This document shows positions 1-13,330 of a stretch of DNA of 64,000 nt, one piece after another. Position numbers and translations under genes: made by a program. A model generated the notes under the pieces. It was not told the origin of the DNA, made no database searches, and saw only the letters and a list, made by a program, of their open reading frames with translations. Each line of letters begins with the position of its first letter. The first letter of the stretch is position 1. This stretch comes from Mobula hypostoma. Its lineage: Eukaryota. The stretch is from contig NC_086097.1 of the NCBI RefSeq assembly GCF_963921235.1, forward strand, positions 164,178,001 through 164,242,000, in the 5' to 3' direction.

Positions 1-300
1 GTTCCTTCTCAGGTTGGCAGACTGCGTATAATAGGTTGCCGCATACAGCTTGGCCCACAGCTATTCACAATCTATGTCAACAGTTCAGATCAGAAAACCA
101 ATGGCACATATCCAGATTTATTGACAATATAAAGTGAAAATGCAGGAGGTTGTAAAGAAATTTCAGGGGGATATGGACAGGTTGAATGATTGGACATGAA
201 CATGAAAGATGGCAAATAATTTGGATATGGGTCAGGTCATCCATTTTGGTATGCCTACCAGAAGAATATTGTAAAGTAATATAGATTGGGTAATGCTAAT
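1..300 (+). mobile_element. Degraded CR1-like LINE RT fragment
   Basis: Decayed match to the RT core and WQM-region of the better preserved CR1 copies in the window. Confidence 0.55.
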
Positions 301-1004
301 GTTCTATTTTTCCCAAGCTCTGCATTCTGTTCTTTTTCACCTATCTCAACGTACTTACATATGGGATGATCTGACTGAATAACAGCCTGCACCTTCCTCT
401 CATACTGTGCCCCTTGCTCTTATCTTTTTAGCTGAGGAAATTATTCTTCTTGTATCTACCCTGTCAAACTCTTTAATGATTTTGTATACATTATTGATAA
501 AATCACTAATTCTTCTAAACTCTAAAAAAATACAGTCAACTTCCTGTTATTTGAAAAAATACACCATCCCTATAACTAGTTTAGTGAGCCTTTATTACGT
601 TCCTCCCTCTAATACAGCCTATAACCTGTATGGAGACCAAAGCTGTACCTAATGTGCCAAATGTGGTCTCTCAAGCTTCTTCATTTCTCCTGTAATCAAG
701 GCCTTTGATAATAAAAACAATACAGTTGCCTTCCTAACAGCTTCCAACACCTACACATTTGCCTTCAGTGACTTGTGTCCAGGCACAATTATTATTATTA
801 TTTGTTTATTACTGTAACATGTACCAGGAGACAGTGGAAAGCTTTTGTTTGCATGTTTAGGATGAGAAAAGGAAACATTTTCTCATTCAAGATGTGGCGT
901 ACCTTTGGAATTTTATATCTTGGAGGGCCTGCAGTTTTTATTCTTGAAGGCAGTAATGAGTCCGCGACATTAGGTGTCTGACATATTGATCGAACTGGAT
1001 AGGA

Positions 1005-1545
1005 ATCATTAAATCATGTAGCATGGTAGTAGGTACTTTGGCCCAACTCAGTCATGCTGACCAAGTTGCCTACTTGACCTAATCCCATTTGCCAATGTTT
1101 GGCCATTATCTTTCCAAATCTTTCCTAACCATGTGCCTGTCCAAATGTCTTTTAAAAATCATAATTGTACTTGCCTTTACCATTTCCTCTGCCAGCTCAT
1201 TCCACAGATTCAACACCTTGTGTGTGGGGTAAAAAAAAAGCCTCTCAGGTTCTTTTTAAATTTCCTCTCACTTCAAATCAATTCCCTCCAGGTTTAGACT
1301 GCCCTATCCTGGGAAAAAGACCATTCACTTTATCTATCCTCATGTGATCTCAGCTTCCTCTGGTCTAGGGAAAGGGAACCCTCTCATTTCCAATCTCTCC
1401 TTATAACTCAAGTTACCCAGACCTGATAACATACTTGCTGCAATCATTTCCAGCTTAAAGAAATCCTACCTTTAGCTAGCAACTAGACCTGCACACAATA
1501 TTCCAAGTGTGGTTCCACAAACATTTTGTACAGTTATAACATGAT
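1005..1545 (-). mobile_element. Degraded CR1-like LINE 3' end
   Basis: Reverse-strand similarity to CR1 3' ends elsewhere in the window (e.g. 29535-30100). Confidence 0.6.
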
Positions 1546-2084
1546 GCACGTGGTACTTTTGTAGTTAGCCAACAGATTTTCACTCCTGAAGGCTATTGGT
1601 GAACCAGGTGGGTTTTAATGAAAATACGATAGTTATGCCATTGGAATTAATCATTTCTTAGCAACTTTGTAAATAGAATTAAAGATTTATTCAATTAACT
1701 GGGATTTGATTTTCATCTTCATATTGTTGGCAAAGAGTTTATATTTGCTAATTAGGTAATCTAACCACATTGTGGCCTCTTAGTTAATGTAGGACAAACT
1801 GGAGAAGATTGGGGTAGAAATCAGTTTTCATTGTATCATTTTTCCAGGCAGTAAATAGGCCATCTTCACGTCTATGAGATGCCTATGGAACACCATGTTG
1901 ACCTTGATGACAAGCGTTTGCTAAGAAACAGAACTGCACACATGCAGACACCTCTGAATGAGTAGAATTTAGAAGGTTTGCTGACAATTAATACAGCTGG
2001 CTTTCCTCAGTTTGTGGAAATAGAAAAGCTGTCCACAGTATAACCAAATTCTTTACGAAGAAGATTTCTTGATCTCATTTTAGA

Positions 2085-5000
2085 ATTGTTGCTTGTGGTT
2101 ACCAACTTTTTGGAGCAGCCATGGAAGGCAGGAAGACTTCCAGCGTCCGTGATAACTGCACCTGCAAGAAGTGGCATCCACTGCCACTTCCAGTGGACAG
2201 TGTTAAGGATTTGCTGGAACTGGATGGACTTTGGATCATTCAGGAGGCTGATGGGTTGAGGACAAGATACACAGGGAAGTAATACACCCAAGATGCAGGA
2301 CACAGCTAACTGGGTCACCTTCAGGAGGGGAATGGGGATAGGCAGCCATGCAGATTACCCCTGTGGCTGTTCCTCTCAACGACAGGTATGCCACTTTGGA
2401 TACTGTTGGGAGGCAGGGAGAGTCACACATGACCTAGCAGAGGAAAGCCACAGCAGCCAGGTCTGATTCTGGCTCTGTAACTCAGAAGTGTAAGTGGGGA
2501 ATAGGTGAACTGTAGTGATAGGGGATTCAATGTTAGGGGAACTGAAAGGAAATTCTATGGACGAAAAAGACATTCCTGGATGATACGTTGCCTCCTGTGT
2601 GCCCGGGTCAGAGACATCCACAGTATTCTTAACTGGGAGAGTGAATAGTCCATGTCAGTACCAATGACATGGGTATGAAAGATGACAAAGTATTGTGAAG
2701 TAAGTTCAGGGAGTTAGGCGTTTAAGTTAAAGGACAGGACCACTAGGGTAGTAATCTCAGGATTGTTACCTGTGCCACGTGCTAGTGAGGCCAGAATTAG
2801 GAAGGTAATACAGTTAAACATGAGACCAAGGAGATGGTGCAGGAGAAAGGGCTTCTGATTTTTGGATCATTGGGCTTCAGCCAGTGAAGGTGGGACCTGT
2901 ACAGGTGGGCAGTTTGCACCTGAACTGAAGGGGGACTAATATCCTTATGGGAAGGTTTGCTCGTACTAGAGTATGGGGGGTGAGGGGAGGGTTAAACTAG
3001 AGTTGCAGGGAAATATGAGCCAGAGTGCCAGAGCCCATAGTGGAATGGTTGTGGGAACAATGTTGTTAAGCCTACGTACAAAATCAGAAATCAAAACGTT
3101 AAGCATGGTGGGACTAATGTTATGAGTTGTGTGTATTTCATTGCAAGGAGTATTGTAGGAAAGGCAAATGAGCTTGGGGCATGGATCAGCATGTGGAATT
3201 ATGGCGCTGCAGTCATTAATGAGACTTGATTGCAGGAGGGCGCGTGGGGGAAGCTCAATGTTTCAGCATTCCATCAATTTAAATGTGATAGGGCAGGAGA
3301 ATTAAAGGAAAGCGGACGGGTGGCATTAAAAGTAAGAAGAAATGTCATGGTAGTACATAGACATGACAAGAGAGTTCATCTACTGAGGCTATTTCGGTGG
3401 AAAAAAAGAATAAGAAAGTGATGACCACATTAATGGGATTATATTATAGACTGCCCAATTGTCAGTGGGGTTTAGAGGAGAAAGTTTGCAGATAGACTGC
3501 AGACTGTTGCAAGGAACGTAAGATTGTGACTGACGGTAGGTGATTTTAACTTTACACATATTGATTGGGTCTTCCATACCATAAAAAGGCTGGATGGGAT
3601 AGAGTTTGTCAAATGTGTTCAGGGAAGTTTCCTTAATTGATACATAGAGCCCAACAAGAGGGAGTGTGATACTAGATCCAGAACTGGCTTGCCCACAGAA
3701 GGCAAAGAGTGGTTGTAGATGGGTCATATTCTGCATGGAGGTTGGTGACCAGTGGTGTGCCTCATGGATCTGTTCTGGGACCCCTACTCTTCGTGATTTT
3801 TATAAATGACCTGGATGAGGAAGTGGAGGGATGGGTTAGTAAATTTACTGATTATACAAAGGTTGAGGGTGTTTTGGATAGTGTGGAGGGTTGTCAGAGG
3901 TTACAGCGGGACATTGGTAGGATGCAAAACTGGGCTGAGAAGTGGCAGATGGAGTTCAACCCAGATAAGTGTGAGGTGGTTCATTTTGATAGGTCAAATA
4001 TGATGGCAGAATATAGTATTAATGGTGAGACTCTTGGCAGTGTGGAGGATCAGAGGGATCTTGGGGTCTGAGTCCATAGGACACTCAAAGCTGCTGTGCA
4101 GGTTGACTCTGTGGTTAAGTAGGCATACAGTGCATTGGCCTTCATCAACTGTGGGATTGAGTTCAAGAGCCGAGAGGTAATGTTACAGCTATATAGGACC
4201 CTGGTCAGACCCCACTTGGAGTACTGTGCTCAGTTCTGGTCACCTCACTACAGGAAGGATGTAGAAACCATAGAAAGGGTGTGGAAGAGATTTACAAGGA
4301 TGTTGCCTGGATTGGGGAGCATGCATTATGAGAATAGGTTGAGTGAACTTGGCCTTTTCTACTTGGAGCGACGGAGGATGAGAGGTGACCTTATAGAGGT
4401 GTATAAGATGATAAAAGGCATTGATCGTGTGGATAGTCAGAGGCTTTTTCCCAGGGCTGAAATGGCTATCACAAGCGCCCATAGTTTTAAGGTGCTTGGA
4501 AGTAAGTACAGAGGAGATGTCAGGGGTAAGTTTTTTACACAGAGTGAGTAGAATGAGCAGCCGGTGACAGTGGTGGAGGCTGATACGATAGGTTCTTTTA
4601 AGAGACTCCTGGACAGGCACATGGAGCTTAGAAAAATAGAGGGCTATGGGTAACCCTAGGTAATTTCTAAAGTAAGTACATGTTCAGCATAGCATTGTGG
4701 GCTGAAGGGCCTGTATTGTGCTGTAATTTTTCTATGTTTCTATGTTTCTAGATCTCCTATTAGAGAATGAGACAGGGTGACAGAGGTTTGCATAGGGGGA
4801 TACTTTACATCTAATGATTATAATAACATTACTTTCAATAGAATTATGGAGAAGAATAGGTTTACTCTGCGGGATGAGATTCTAAATTAGAGAAGGGCCG
4901 ATTTTGATTGTATCAGAAAGGATCTGGAAAATGTGGAATGGGACAGGTTGTTTTCAGGCAAAGCTATGCTTGGTTATTGAGAGGCCTTCAAAAGTGAAAT

Positions 5001-7070
5001 TTTGTATTTCCTGTCATCATGACAGGTTTTGGGAACCTAGGTTTTTGAGACGTATTGAGGCTCTGGTTAAGAAGAAGGAGGTACATACTATAGCAGGTAT
5101 AGGCAAGAAGGAGCAAATGAGGTACTTGAGTATAAGAAATGCAAGATAACATTTAAGAAGGAAATCAGGAGAGCTAAAAGAAGGCATGAAGTTGCTGTAA
5201 CAGACAAGGTGAAGAAGACTCCCAAGGGCATTGAGAAATATATGAAAAGCAGAAGCATTGCCAGGGACAAAATAGGTCCTCTTAAAGATAGAGTTCTCAT
5301 CTATGCATGGAGCTGAAAGAGATGGGGGAGATCTTAAATGGAAATTTTGCATCTGTATTTACATAGTCTATAGAAGTGAGGTCATGGACCATTTAAACAT
5401 TACAGAGGAGGAAGTGTTTGCTGTTCTGAGGCAGATTAGGATGGCTAAATCCCCAGAGCCTGACAGATGTTCCCTCAGATCCTGTGGGAGGCTAGTGCAG
5501 AAATTGCAGGAGCCATAGCAGAGATAGTTAAAACATTATTAGCAATGGGTGAGATGCCAGAAGACTGGAGGATAGCTAATGTTGTTCTGTTGTTTAAGAA
5601 AGGCTGTAAGAATAAGCCAGGAAATTATAGGCTAGTGAGCATGACATCAGTAGTGGGTAAGTTATTGCAATGAATTCTAAGGGAACAGATATATAAGTAT
5701 TTGGATAGACAGGGACCGATATGGGATAGTCAGCATGGCTTTGTGATCGGTAGTTTATGTCTAACCGGTCTTACGGAATTTTTCAGGATGTTACCAGGAA
5801 AGTGGATGAAGACGAAGCAGTGGATGTGGTCTACATGGAATTTAGAAAGTCCTTTGTAAAGGTCCTGCATGGGAGATTGGTCAAGAAGGTTCAGTTGCTT
5901 GGCATTCAGGGTGAGGTAGTAAATTGAATTAGACATTGGTTTCATGGGAGCAGCCAGAGAGTGGTAATGGATGACTGCCTCTCTGACTGAAGGCCTCTGA
6001 CTAGTGGTGTACCACAGGGATCAGTGCTAGGTCCATTGTTGTTTGTCATCTATATCAATGATCTGGACAATAATGTAGTAAGCTGGGTCAGAAAATTTGC
6101 AGATGACACCAAGGTTAAGGGCATATTAGAGAGTGAAGAAGGAAGCTTTCAATGAGATCGGGACCAGCTGGAAAAATGGGCAGAAAAATGGCAGATGGAA
6201 TTTAGTGCAGACATGTGTGAGGTAGGAGGACAAACCAGGGTAGAACTTGTACGGTGAGCTGTAGGATACTGGGGAGTGTGGTAGAACAGAGGGATCTGAG
6301 AATACAGATTCATAATTCCTTGAGAGGTGCATCACTGGTAGATAGGGTCATAAAGACGGCTTTTGGCCCACTTGCCTTCATAAATCAAAGGATCTGGAAA
6401 ATGTGGAATGGGACAGGTTGTTTTCAGGCAAAACTATGCTTGGTTATTGAGAGGCCTTCAAAAGTGAAATTTTGAGAGTGCAAAGTTTGTATTTCCTGTC
6501 ATCGTCAGTTGGAATTTTATGTTGATGTTGTATTTGCCATTGGTGTGGCCTAATTTGGAGTATCATGTGCATTTCTGATCACCTACCAACAAAAAAGATA
6601 TCAATAAGATTGAAAGAGGGCAGAGAAAATTTTCAAGGATATTGCCAGGACCTGAGGACCTGAGTTATAAGGAAAGGTTGAATAGGTTAGGAATGTATTC
6701 CCTAGAGTGCAGGAGAATAAGGGCAGACTTGATAGGGTTCTATAAAATTATGAGGAGTATAATAGGCTAAGTGCAAGCAGGCTTTTACCACTGCAAATGG
6801 GTGAGACTAGATCTAAAGGTCATGTGTTAAGGGTGAAAGTTGAATTATTTAAGAGGAAGATGAGGGGGAACTTCCTTCCCTCAGAGGGCAGTGAGAGTGT
6901 GGAGCGAGCTGCCAGTGGAAGTGGTGGATTCAGGTTCAATTTCAACATTTAAGAGAAATTTGGATAGATACATGGATGGGAGGGATATGGAGTGCTATGG
7001 TACAGGTTAATGGGACAAGGCATATTAATCATTTGCCTCGACTAGATGGGCCAAAGGTCTGTTTCTGTGA
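2085..7070 (+). mobile_element. Long degraded CR1-like LINE (ORF1 esterase-like region, ORF2 APE-RT, 3' end)
   Basis: ORF1-like VIGDSM region near 2515. ORF2 fragments PEDWRIANVVLLFKKG and [13 protein letters not shown]...ADDTK near 6005-6110. Many stops and frameshifts. Confidence 0.85.
3679..4747 (+). mobile_element. Younger 5'-truncated CR1 nested in the older CR1
   Basis: ORFs [22 protein letters not shown] and LVRPHLEYCAQFWSPHY, tail (tttctatg)n, TSD ctagatc at 3672-3678 and 4748-4754. Confidence 0.88.
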
Positions 7071-7911
7071 TTCCTTCCAGTGAAACATTTTTATATCTCA
7101 TCAAAACCATTCATGATATTCAACACCAGTGTGAAATTGCTGCTCGAAGTAGAATGCATAGCCCCTTCACATTACGACTAGTCTTCTAATATCAAGATCT
7201 TAAGATATTTAAGATTATTGAATAGTCCCTTTGTACAATAAGATCCATTTTTGATCTCATAATCTACAGTATCTTATGCCCTTGCATCTTAGTGTCTGCA
7301 CACACTACAAATTTCTCTGTAACTGCACCGCTATTATTGTTTTCCCTTGTACTTTCTCAATGTACTGTTGCAATGAAATGGTCTGTATGGATGGCAGGCA
7401 AAGTTCCATGTGACAATAACAAACCATTGACATCCTAACTAATAGTCATTTTGGATCCAAGGATCAACTTGTTAATTGCTGATATCAAATGTTTGGATGT
7501 AATATGAGTGTGATCACTGGTAATGCTCCGTTTTTATCCTGTCCAAAGTGACTGGAGTTATTAGTAGCTTGTAGAAGCAGTTTTTAGCAGAAATGGACGT
7601 TAAGTGAATGCACATTTGCCTTATTCTTTTGCTGATCATATAACTAGGATGCATGGAGTTATAAAGGTTATTCCCTGTTATTTTTTTACAGTAAAGTTAT
7701 TTCAAGACATGTGTCATTAGTACAGAGTTTTTTTAAGAGTCTCAAATCCAGTAAGATCACAGGTACTTTTGGCATTAAACAAATGTACAAAGCTTTTTTG
7801 GTAATTTACACCATAGGTTGGTCATTCAGATATTTTCAATTTACAATGCAAATTATTTTTTATGATGCATGAAAAATTAATGTTTTTGTTATTCTCTCTT
7901 AATATTTCAAG

Positions 7912-8063
7912 AAAACTAGCAAAGAAGCGAAAGGATACGCTGAGCAGTACCCGGCAAGAGATGACTGTGATGGTAAATTCAATGGACAAGAGTTTTACTG
8001 AGCAAGGAACTAATTGTGATGAGGCTTTCTCCTTTATGGATACACATAATCTGAATGGAAGAG
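7912..8063 (+). CDS. PTPRM: PTPRM exon, juxtamembrane segment following the TM helix (152 nt, phase 2 to 1)
   Basis: Acceptor ttcaag (AG 7910-7911), donor gtgagc (8064). Encodes KLAKKRKDTLSSTRQEMTVMVNSMDKSFTEQGTNCDEAFSFMDTHNLNGR, close to the recalled mammalian PTPRM sequence KLAKKRKETMSSTRQEMTVMVNSMDKSYAEQGTNCDEAFSFMDTHNLNGR. Confidence 0.95.
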
Positions 8064-8099
8064 GTGAGCTAAGAAGATATTCCATTCCTTAATTAGGAA

Positions 8100-8372
8100 T
8101 GCACAGTGACACACTCATGGAGTTGCTGTCTTGCAGCAGAACTAGAGACCCAGATTCAATCTTAATTTCCTATAGTGCTGTCTGCTGTTGGCATGATCTT
8201 CTTGTGACAATGTGGGTTTCCTCTGGGTGCTCAAGTTCCCTCCTTTGTCCCAAAGAGGCATGGATAGTTTGACTATTTGGCTGCTGTAGATTTTCCCGAG
8301 TGTGTAGGTGAGTAGTACACTTGGAGGGAGTTGTTAAGAATGCAGAGGAAATTTTAAAAATGGGATTGATCT
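8100..8372 (+). mobile_element. V-SINE/HE1-like SINE
   Basis: tRNA-like head followed by the V-domain-like core gtgggtttcctctgggtgctcaagttccctcc. Confidence 0.7.
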
Positions 8373-8501
8373 GCATCTACAGATTTTCTCATTTTTGTTG
8401 ATGTAAGGTTAATTAAATATGTGGTCTATGTTTAGCACTTGTTATAACTTTATTTGAGGTTGCTCCCAATCTTTATAAATTGTTTTTGCATTTTCCTTCA
8501 G

Positions 8502-8579
8502 CCGTGTCCTCGCCATCTTCATTTACTGTGAAGACAAATACACTGAAGAGCCCAGGAATACAGAATTCCTACTATCCAG
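8502..8579 (+). CDS. PTPRM: PTPRM exon (78 nt, phase 1 to 1)
   Basis: Pyrimidine tract ttttccttcag, donor gtagct. Encodes (A)VSSPSSFTVKTNTLKSPGIQNSYYP, matching PTPRM SVSSPSSFTMKTNTL...NSYYP and in frame with the previous exon. Confidence 0.93.
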
Positions 8580-9879
8580 GTAGCTGAGTTGTTTGCTGTT
8601 ATAAAGTGTGCACTCTTGTAAACTTTTCTCTTTTTTTTGTTGATATTTAAATGTTCAGTCAGAGCTTTGCAGGGACTTCATATTCTGTTCCACCGTTATT
8701 TAAGGAACTATTTCTCTTGCAATAATTGTTAAGTACATCCAATGCAAGTTAAACATTCCCAGTGAAGAGGGACTAAAACAAGTGAAGTGTCACTCGTATC
8801 TTTCCCACAAACTTGCAGCCAAGTTTTGGTCCCCTTGTTGGTTTTTGTGGAAATTGTCACTGCTGAAGCTGAGGTGTAATCCATAAATCTAAACAGTATC
8901 TGATTAGATGTCCCACAAGCAACCATGTTACCAATGCTGATTGGTATTCTGGTTGGAAGAATCAATTGCATCTTGCTACTATGTCTAATATTTTCCATTT
9001 GTGAATCCCAATGTATTTCATTTCTGGACACTTTTTAAAGCAAATTTATCATTTATTGATTTCACAGGTACAGTTGCAAAACAAAAATCTCCAATGTTCC
9101 CAGATAAAGATAAAAAAGTAAAAGTAGGAGAATGTCATACACCCTCTCAATCCCGACTTGCCATTCACTATCATGGCTGACCTTACCTAGCTGTCAATGT
9201 CACATGCAGACTAATAACCTATCTTATTCTTGAGGGCATCTTCCACAACTTCCTGGGGTAATGATCCTTATCCAGTTAAGAGACAATTTTCCTCTTTCCC
9301 TCAGAATTTAATGAGTGGTATGAATACAAAGTGCAGCCCAGGATCGTATCGTTTCAGAGTGTATTAATGCTGTTGAAAATGGAGCACTTAGCATCCAATG
9401 GCTCAAATGAAAGAAGAGGTTGTGGTGTTAGTTTTAAAACTCTACTAAGCCTTCTCTCCTCCAAGGCACAGTTTTACGGTGCTTCAGTCAAGTGACCATT
9501 GTTCACGTGTGAATGTGTTCAGTGTTCTTTGTTATGTGAGCATTGATTGATTAGACTTCTGATATAATCTCCTGAGATCCTCACAGGTGAGCTAAATCTT
9601 ATCATGGCTGACCTTACCTAGTTGTCAATGTCACATGCAGACTAATAACCTGCTGTCCACATGTTCCACCAGGGAAACTGATAGAAGTCAGGAGCAGGAC
9701 GTTGGCTGATTTTAACGTCTTCCCCATCCCCACAGGACTCTGGGGTGAAATATCATGCATTGACCACCTCACTGGCTGAGATGAGCTCAGAGGGAATGGA
9801 GCAGGGACTGGTGGTGTTGGTTGGATGGGTTTGAGCCATCTGGGGAACCAGAGCAAGTTATCTGGGGTCAAAAATGGGG

Positions 9880-10181
9880 TGCCACAGGAGCACAGCAGTA
9901 GATGCAACACTAATACAGCTTGGGGTGTTCCAGAGCTGAAAGTTCAATTCCGGGGACATCTGTAAGGAGCTTATATGCTCTCCCTGTAACCGGGTTTTCT
10001 GCAGGTACTCCAGTTTCCTCTGCAGTCCAAATACATATGGATTTGTAGGTTATTTGGTCATTTTAAATTGTCCTGTGATTAGGCTAGGGCTAAATAGGTG
10101 GGTCGCTGGGACGTGAGCTTGTTTGGCTGGAAGGGCCTGTTCTACACTGTATCTCTAAATATAAAAAAAATACAAATAAAA
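9880..10181 (+). mobile_element. V-SINE-like SINE with LINE-derived tail
   Basis: B-box-like agttcaattcc, core gggttttctgcaggtactccagtttcctc, tail ggaagggcctgttctacactgtatctctaaat followed by an A-rich end. Confidence 0.7.
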
Positions 10182-10899
10182 TGTAGACAAAAGTTTCTTG
10201 GGGTAGATTTGGACTTTCTCTGAGATGGGTAACAGCAGGTCGTCAGCAATCCAGCATCTCTCCTCATTTTGCATTGTGGCAATCAGGCATTTTCCTCAAG
10301 GTCAATACCTTCCCAATGAACGCTAACCCTCTGTCAGCTGAATATTTCAGGGCATTCAGTTATTTTGCAATGAATAAGAAAGAATTAATCTATTCCTGGC
10401 AATAATTCCCTCTTTAGTGAAATTCAAATCCATTTTGGTGGAAGTGCCAATGGAAATATTAGTTGAGAGAGTATATAGAAATATTTATATTTCTGACTGA
10501 TGGCCTTAAATTGTAGAGAGTAATTCCAGAAGATGTTGACATATTTTATGTGCTGATTTTACTACCACTTGCTTCTCCTTGATGCATTCATTAGCAACAA
10601 AAGATTGTCTCCTGGATACGAACCTGTTTTGATTTTACAAGCAGCACAAAGACTTGTTTTGATTTCACTGCATGCACAATTGAAACCCTCCAGTTCTCTG
10701 TATTTCTTCCTCCTTGTGCATAATGCAGTGTGCCACATCATCCCGTTTAGAATAACACTCTTTAAGCTGTGTTTTGTTCCAGAATCTGTCCATTAGTGTA
10801 AGTGCCTTTAGAACAGTGATGCTGTTTTCATCTACTATCACATGCATCCAGGTGCAGTAATGGCAAGGCATAAATATCAATGAACAAATAGTAAAGGAA

Positions 10900-11630
10900 T
10901 TAGAATCCAAATCAGGTTTAATATCACCAGCATGCGTCATGAAATTTGTTCTTTTGGCAGCAGTACATTCCAATACATAGTAATACAAGAATAAATTGCA
11001 ATAAGTATATAAAAAATAAAATAAATATGTAGTGCAAAAAGAGAAGAAAACAAAAACTACTGAGTAAGTGTTCATGGGTTCATTGTCTAATCAGAAATCT
11101 CACAGCAGAGGGGAAGAAGCTGTTCCTGAAATGTTGAGTGTGTGTCTGATGGTGGTAATGAGAAGAGGGCATGTCCTGAGTGATGGGGGTCCTGAATGAT
11201 GGTTGCCACTCTTTTGAAGCATCACCTTTTGAAAGTGTCCTAGATGCTGGGGAGACTAGTGCCCATGATGGAGCTGGCTGCGTTTACAACTTTCTGCAGG
11301 GTTTTTCCAATCCTGCACAGTGGTCCTCTATACCAGACAGTGATGCAGAAAGTTAGAATGGTCTCCACATTAGTCTTTACTGTCTGATTGTATAAAGCGT
11401 GAATGTCTTTGGTGACATATAGCCACTGTCGTACCTTCTTTGCAATTGCATCAATATGTTGGGACCAGGGTGGACCCTCAGAGATGTTGACACCCAGGAA
11501 CTTGATACTGCTCACCCTTTCTGCTTCTGATCCCTCGATGAGGACTGGTGTGTGTTCTCAACATAGCCTTCCTGAAGCCCACAATCAAATCCTTGGTCTC
11601 TACAGACATTGAATGCAAGGTTGTTGTACT
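10900..11630 (-). mobile_element. Rex1/Babar-like LINE 3' fragment
   Basis: Minus ORF KFLGVNISEGPPWSQHI...ILTFCITVWY, homologous to the RT C-terminus at 18316-19245. Confidence 0.75.
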
Positions 11631-12969
11631 CCCAAGACCAAATTTTCCATGGATTTACTATACTAAGGGTAGCAACAAGCCCCAAATACCAATCTTTTTC
11701 TTAAAATTCTTCCCTTCTCCTTTTTTCCCATCCTTTAGTAAATGCAATGCCTTACACTTCATACTGGGATACAGATTCACAGATACTGACTGTTTTACTT
11801 ATTTGTTCAAGGGTCTTGTCCAGTGTCTATCTGCATTACTCTTAAATGCTCTGGCTTGTTAAGCCATTTCAGAGAACAATTAAGTCATATACTCTACTGT
11901 CTGGAATCACACATCGAGTAAGGTTGGCAAATTTCCATTCCGGGAGTATATTTAGTAAACCAAATAAGTTTTTTCAGTAAATCCAGTTATGGCTACCACT
12001 AATGATCCTCACATTTTAGTAACAGAATATATTTATCTCATTTTAAACCCCCCGCCCCCCAAAATGATGTGATGGAATTTGAACTCTTGGCTCTGGAGTA
12101 CCAATCTAGGTGATTTTGTTTCCATTCTGGTATTTAAGCCACCATACCCTTTAATTGCAGGTTTTTAAAATTCAGAATATTGACAAGAAATTGGAAGGTT
12201 AGAGGCATCATAGCAAACCCAATCCTGTTGCCTTCAGTGAACTTGTAAGAGAGAAGGCAGTTGCCTAAGATAACAGCAACCTTGCATGATAACTTTAATC
12301 TTTGCTGTCCTATTGTCACTGAGGTTAATTTCAGTATCAGATATCCACTATATATTGAACCTAATCTGCTAGGAACACAGTGGGAGTGCATCCTCATCAT
12401 TTGTCATGGTGGTTTAAGTATAATTAGAATGAACCTCTTTTACTAAAGGAGTTGTTCAGTCCAGTGACCCTGAACAAAAGGCTTGTATCTTTTTATCCAC
12501 ATGATTTCAAATGTGTGAATTTTGGATTTGTGTTGCATGCAATAGATCAAAACATTCTACAGCACATTACAAACACAGAATAAGCAAAAAATCATGCAAC
12601 AACAAGAGATACAATTTAAAATTTTGGATATGAAAATAATTTTTGAGGAGTGTAATTTTCTCTTCCTTTAGATCCCAGCTCTCTTTTCACTTACAGCACT
12701 ATGCTTTAAGTCACATTACTGAATCAGAGGATTTAAGGTCAGCACTAGATCAGTTCTGGGTAGCTCAAAGCAGTTCCTGTGCAGCAGTCAAAGTCCATTT
12801 ACTCAGTAAGCAGTCCATTCAAAGAGCTGATGAAACACACTGCAGCAACTTCTTGCAGTAAACATTTCAGAAACATACAAAGAGTGCAAAATATTTGCAT
12901 ATAAATTATGCCCTTAAAGTCCACCAGTCACCTTTGGTTGGTGGTTCCTGTTTGGCTGTTTGTCTTCAC

Positions 12970-13330
12970 GAGTCATGGAGCCAAGAAGCACAGAAGCAGG
13001 TCCTTCTGCTCACTGAATCCATGACAATCATCAGCTACTCTTCTACACTAATCCTACATTAATCATTAATCCCATTTTAATTTTTCCAACGTCCCCATCG
13101 ATTCTCCTCAGATTCTACCATTCACCTACATGCCAAGGACATTCTGCAGAGGTCAATTAACCCAGCAAATGCCGTCTCTGGGATGTGGGAGGAAACTGGA
13201 GTGCATGAAGGAAATCCATACAGTCACTGGGACAACATGCAGACTCTGCATATGCTGCCTCCAAGGTCAGGATTGACCCAGTATCTCTGCCGTCATGAGG
13301 CAAGCAACACTACTAGCTGCCCCACTCTGC
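12970..13330 (-). mobile_element. V-SINE/HE1-like SINE
   Basis: Reverse-complemented V core (gggatgtgggaggaaactggagtgc) with a CR1-like tail at the left end. Confidence 0.7.

Noticed and set aside
1..7911. PTPRM transmembrane exon or an extra post-TM cassette exon
   Set aside because: No segment had both a matching peptide and splice sites. The ttag|gatgagaaaagg site near 860 was unconvincing.
7862..8092. ORF-track start and stop as a standalone 76-aa gene (likewise 28155-28379)
   Set aside because: Only the splice-bounded part matches PTPRM. The flanks are intron read-through.
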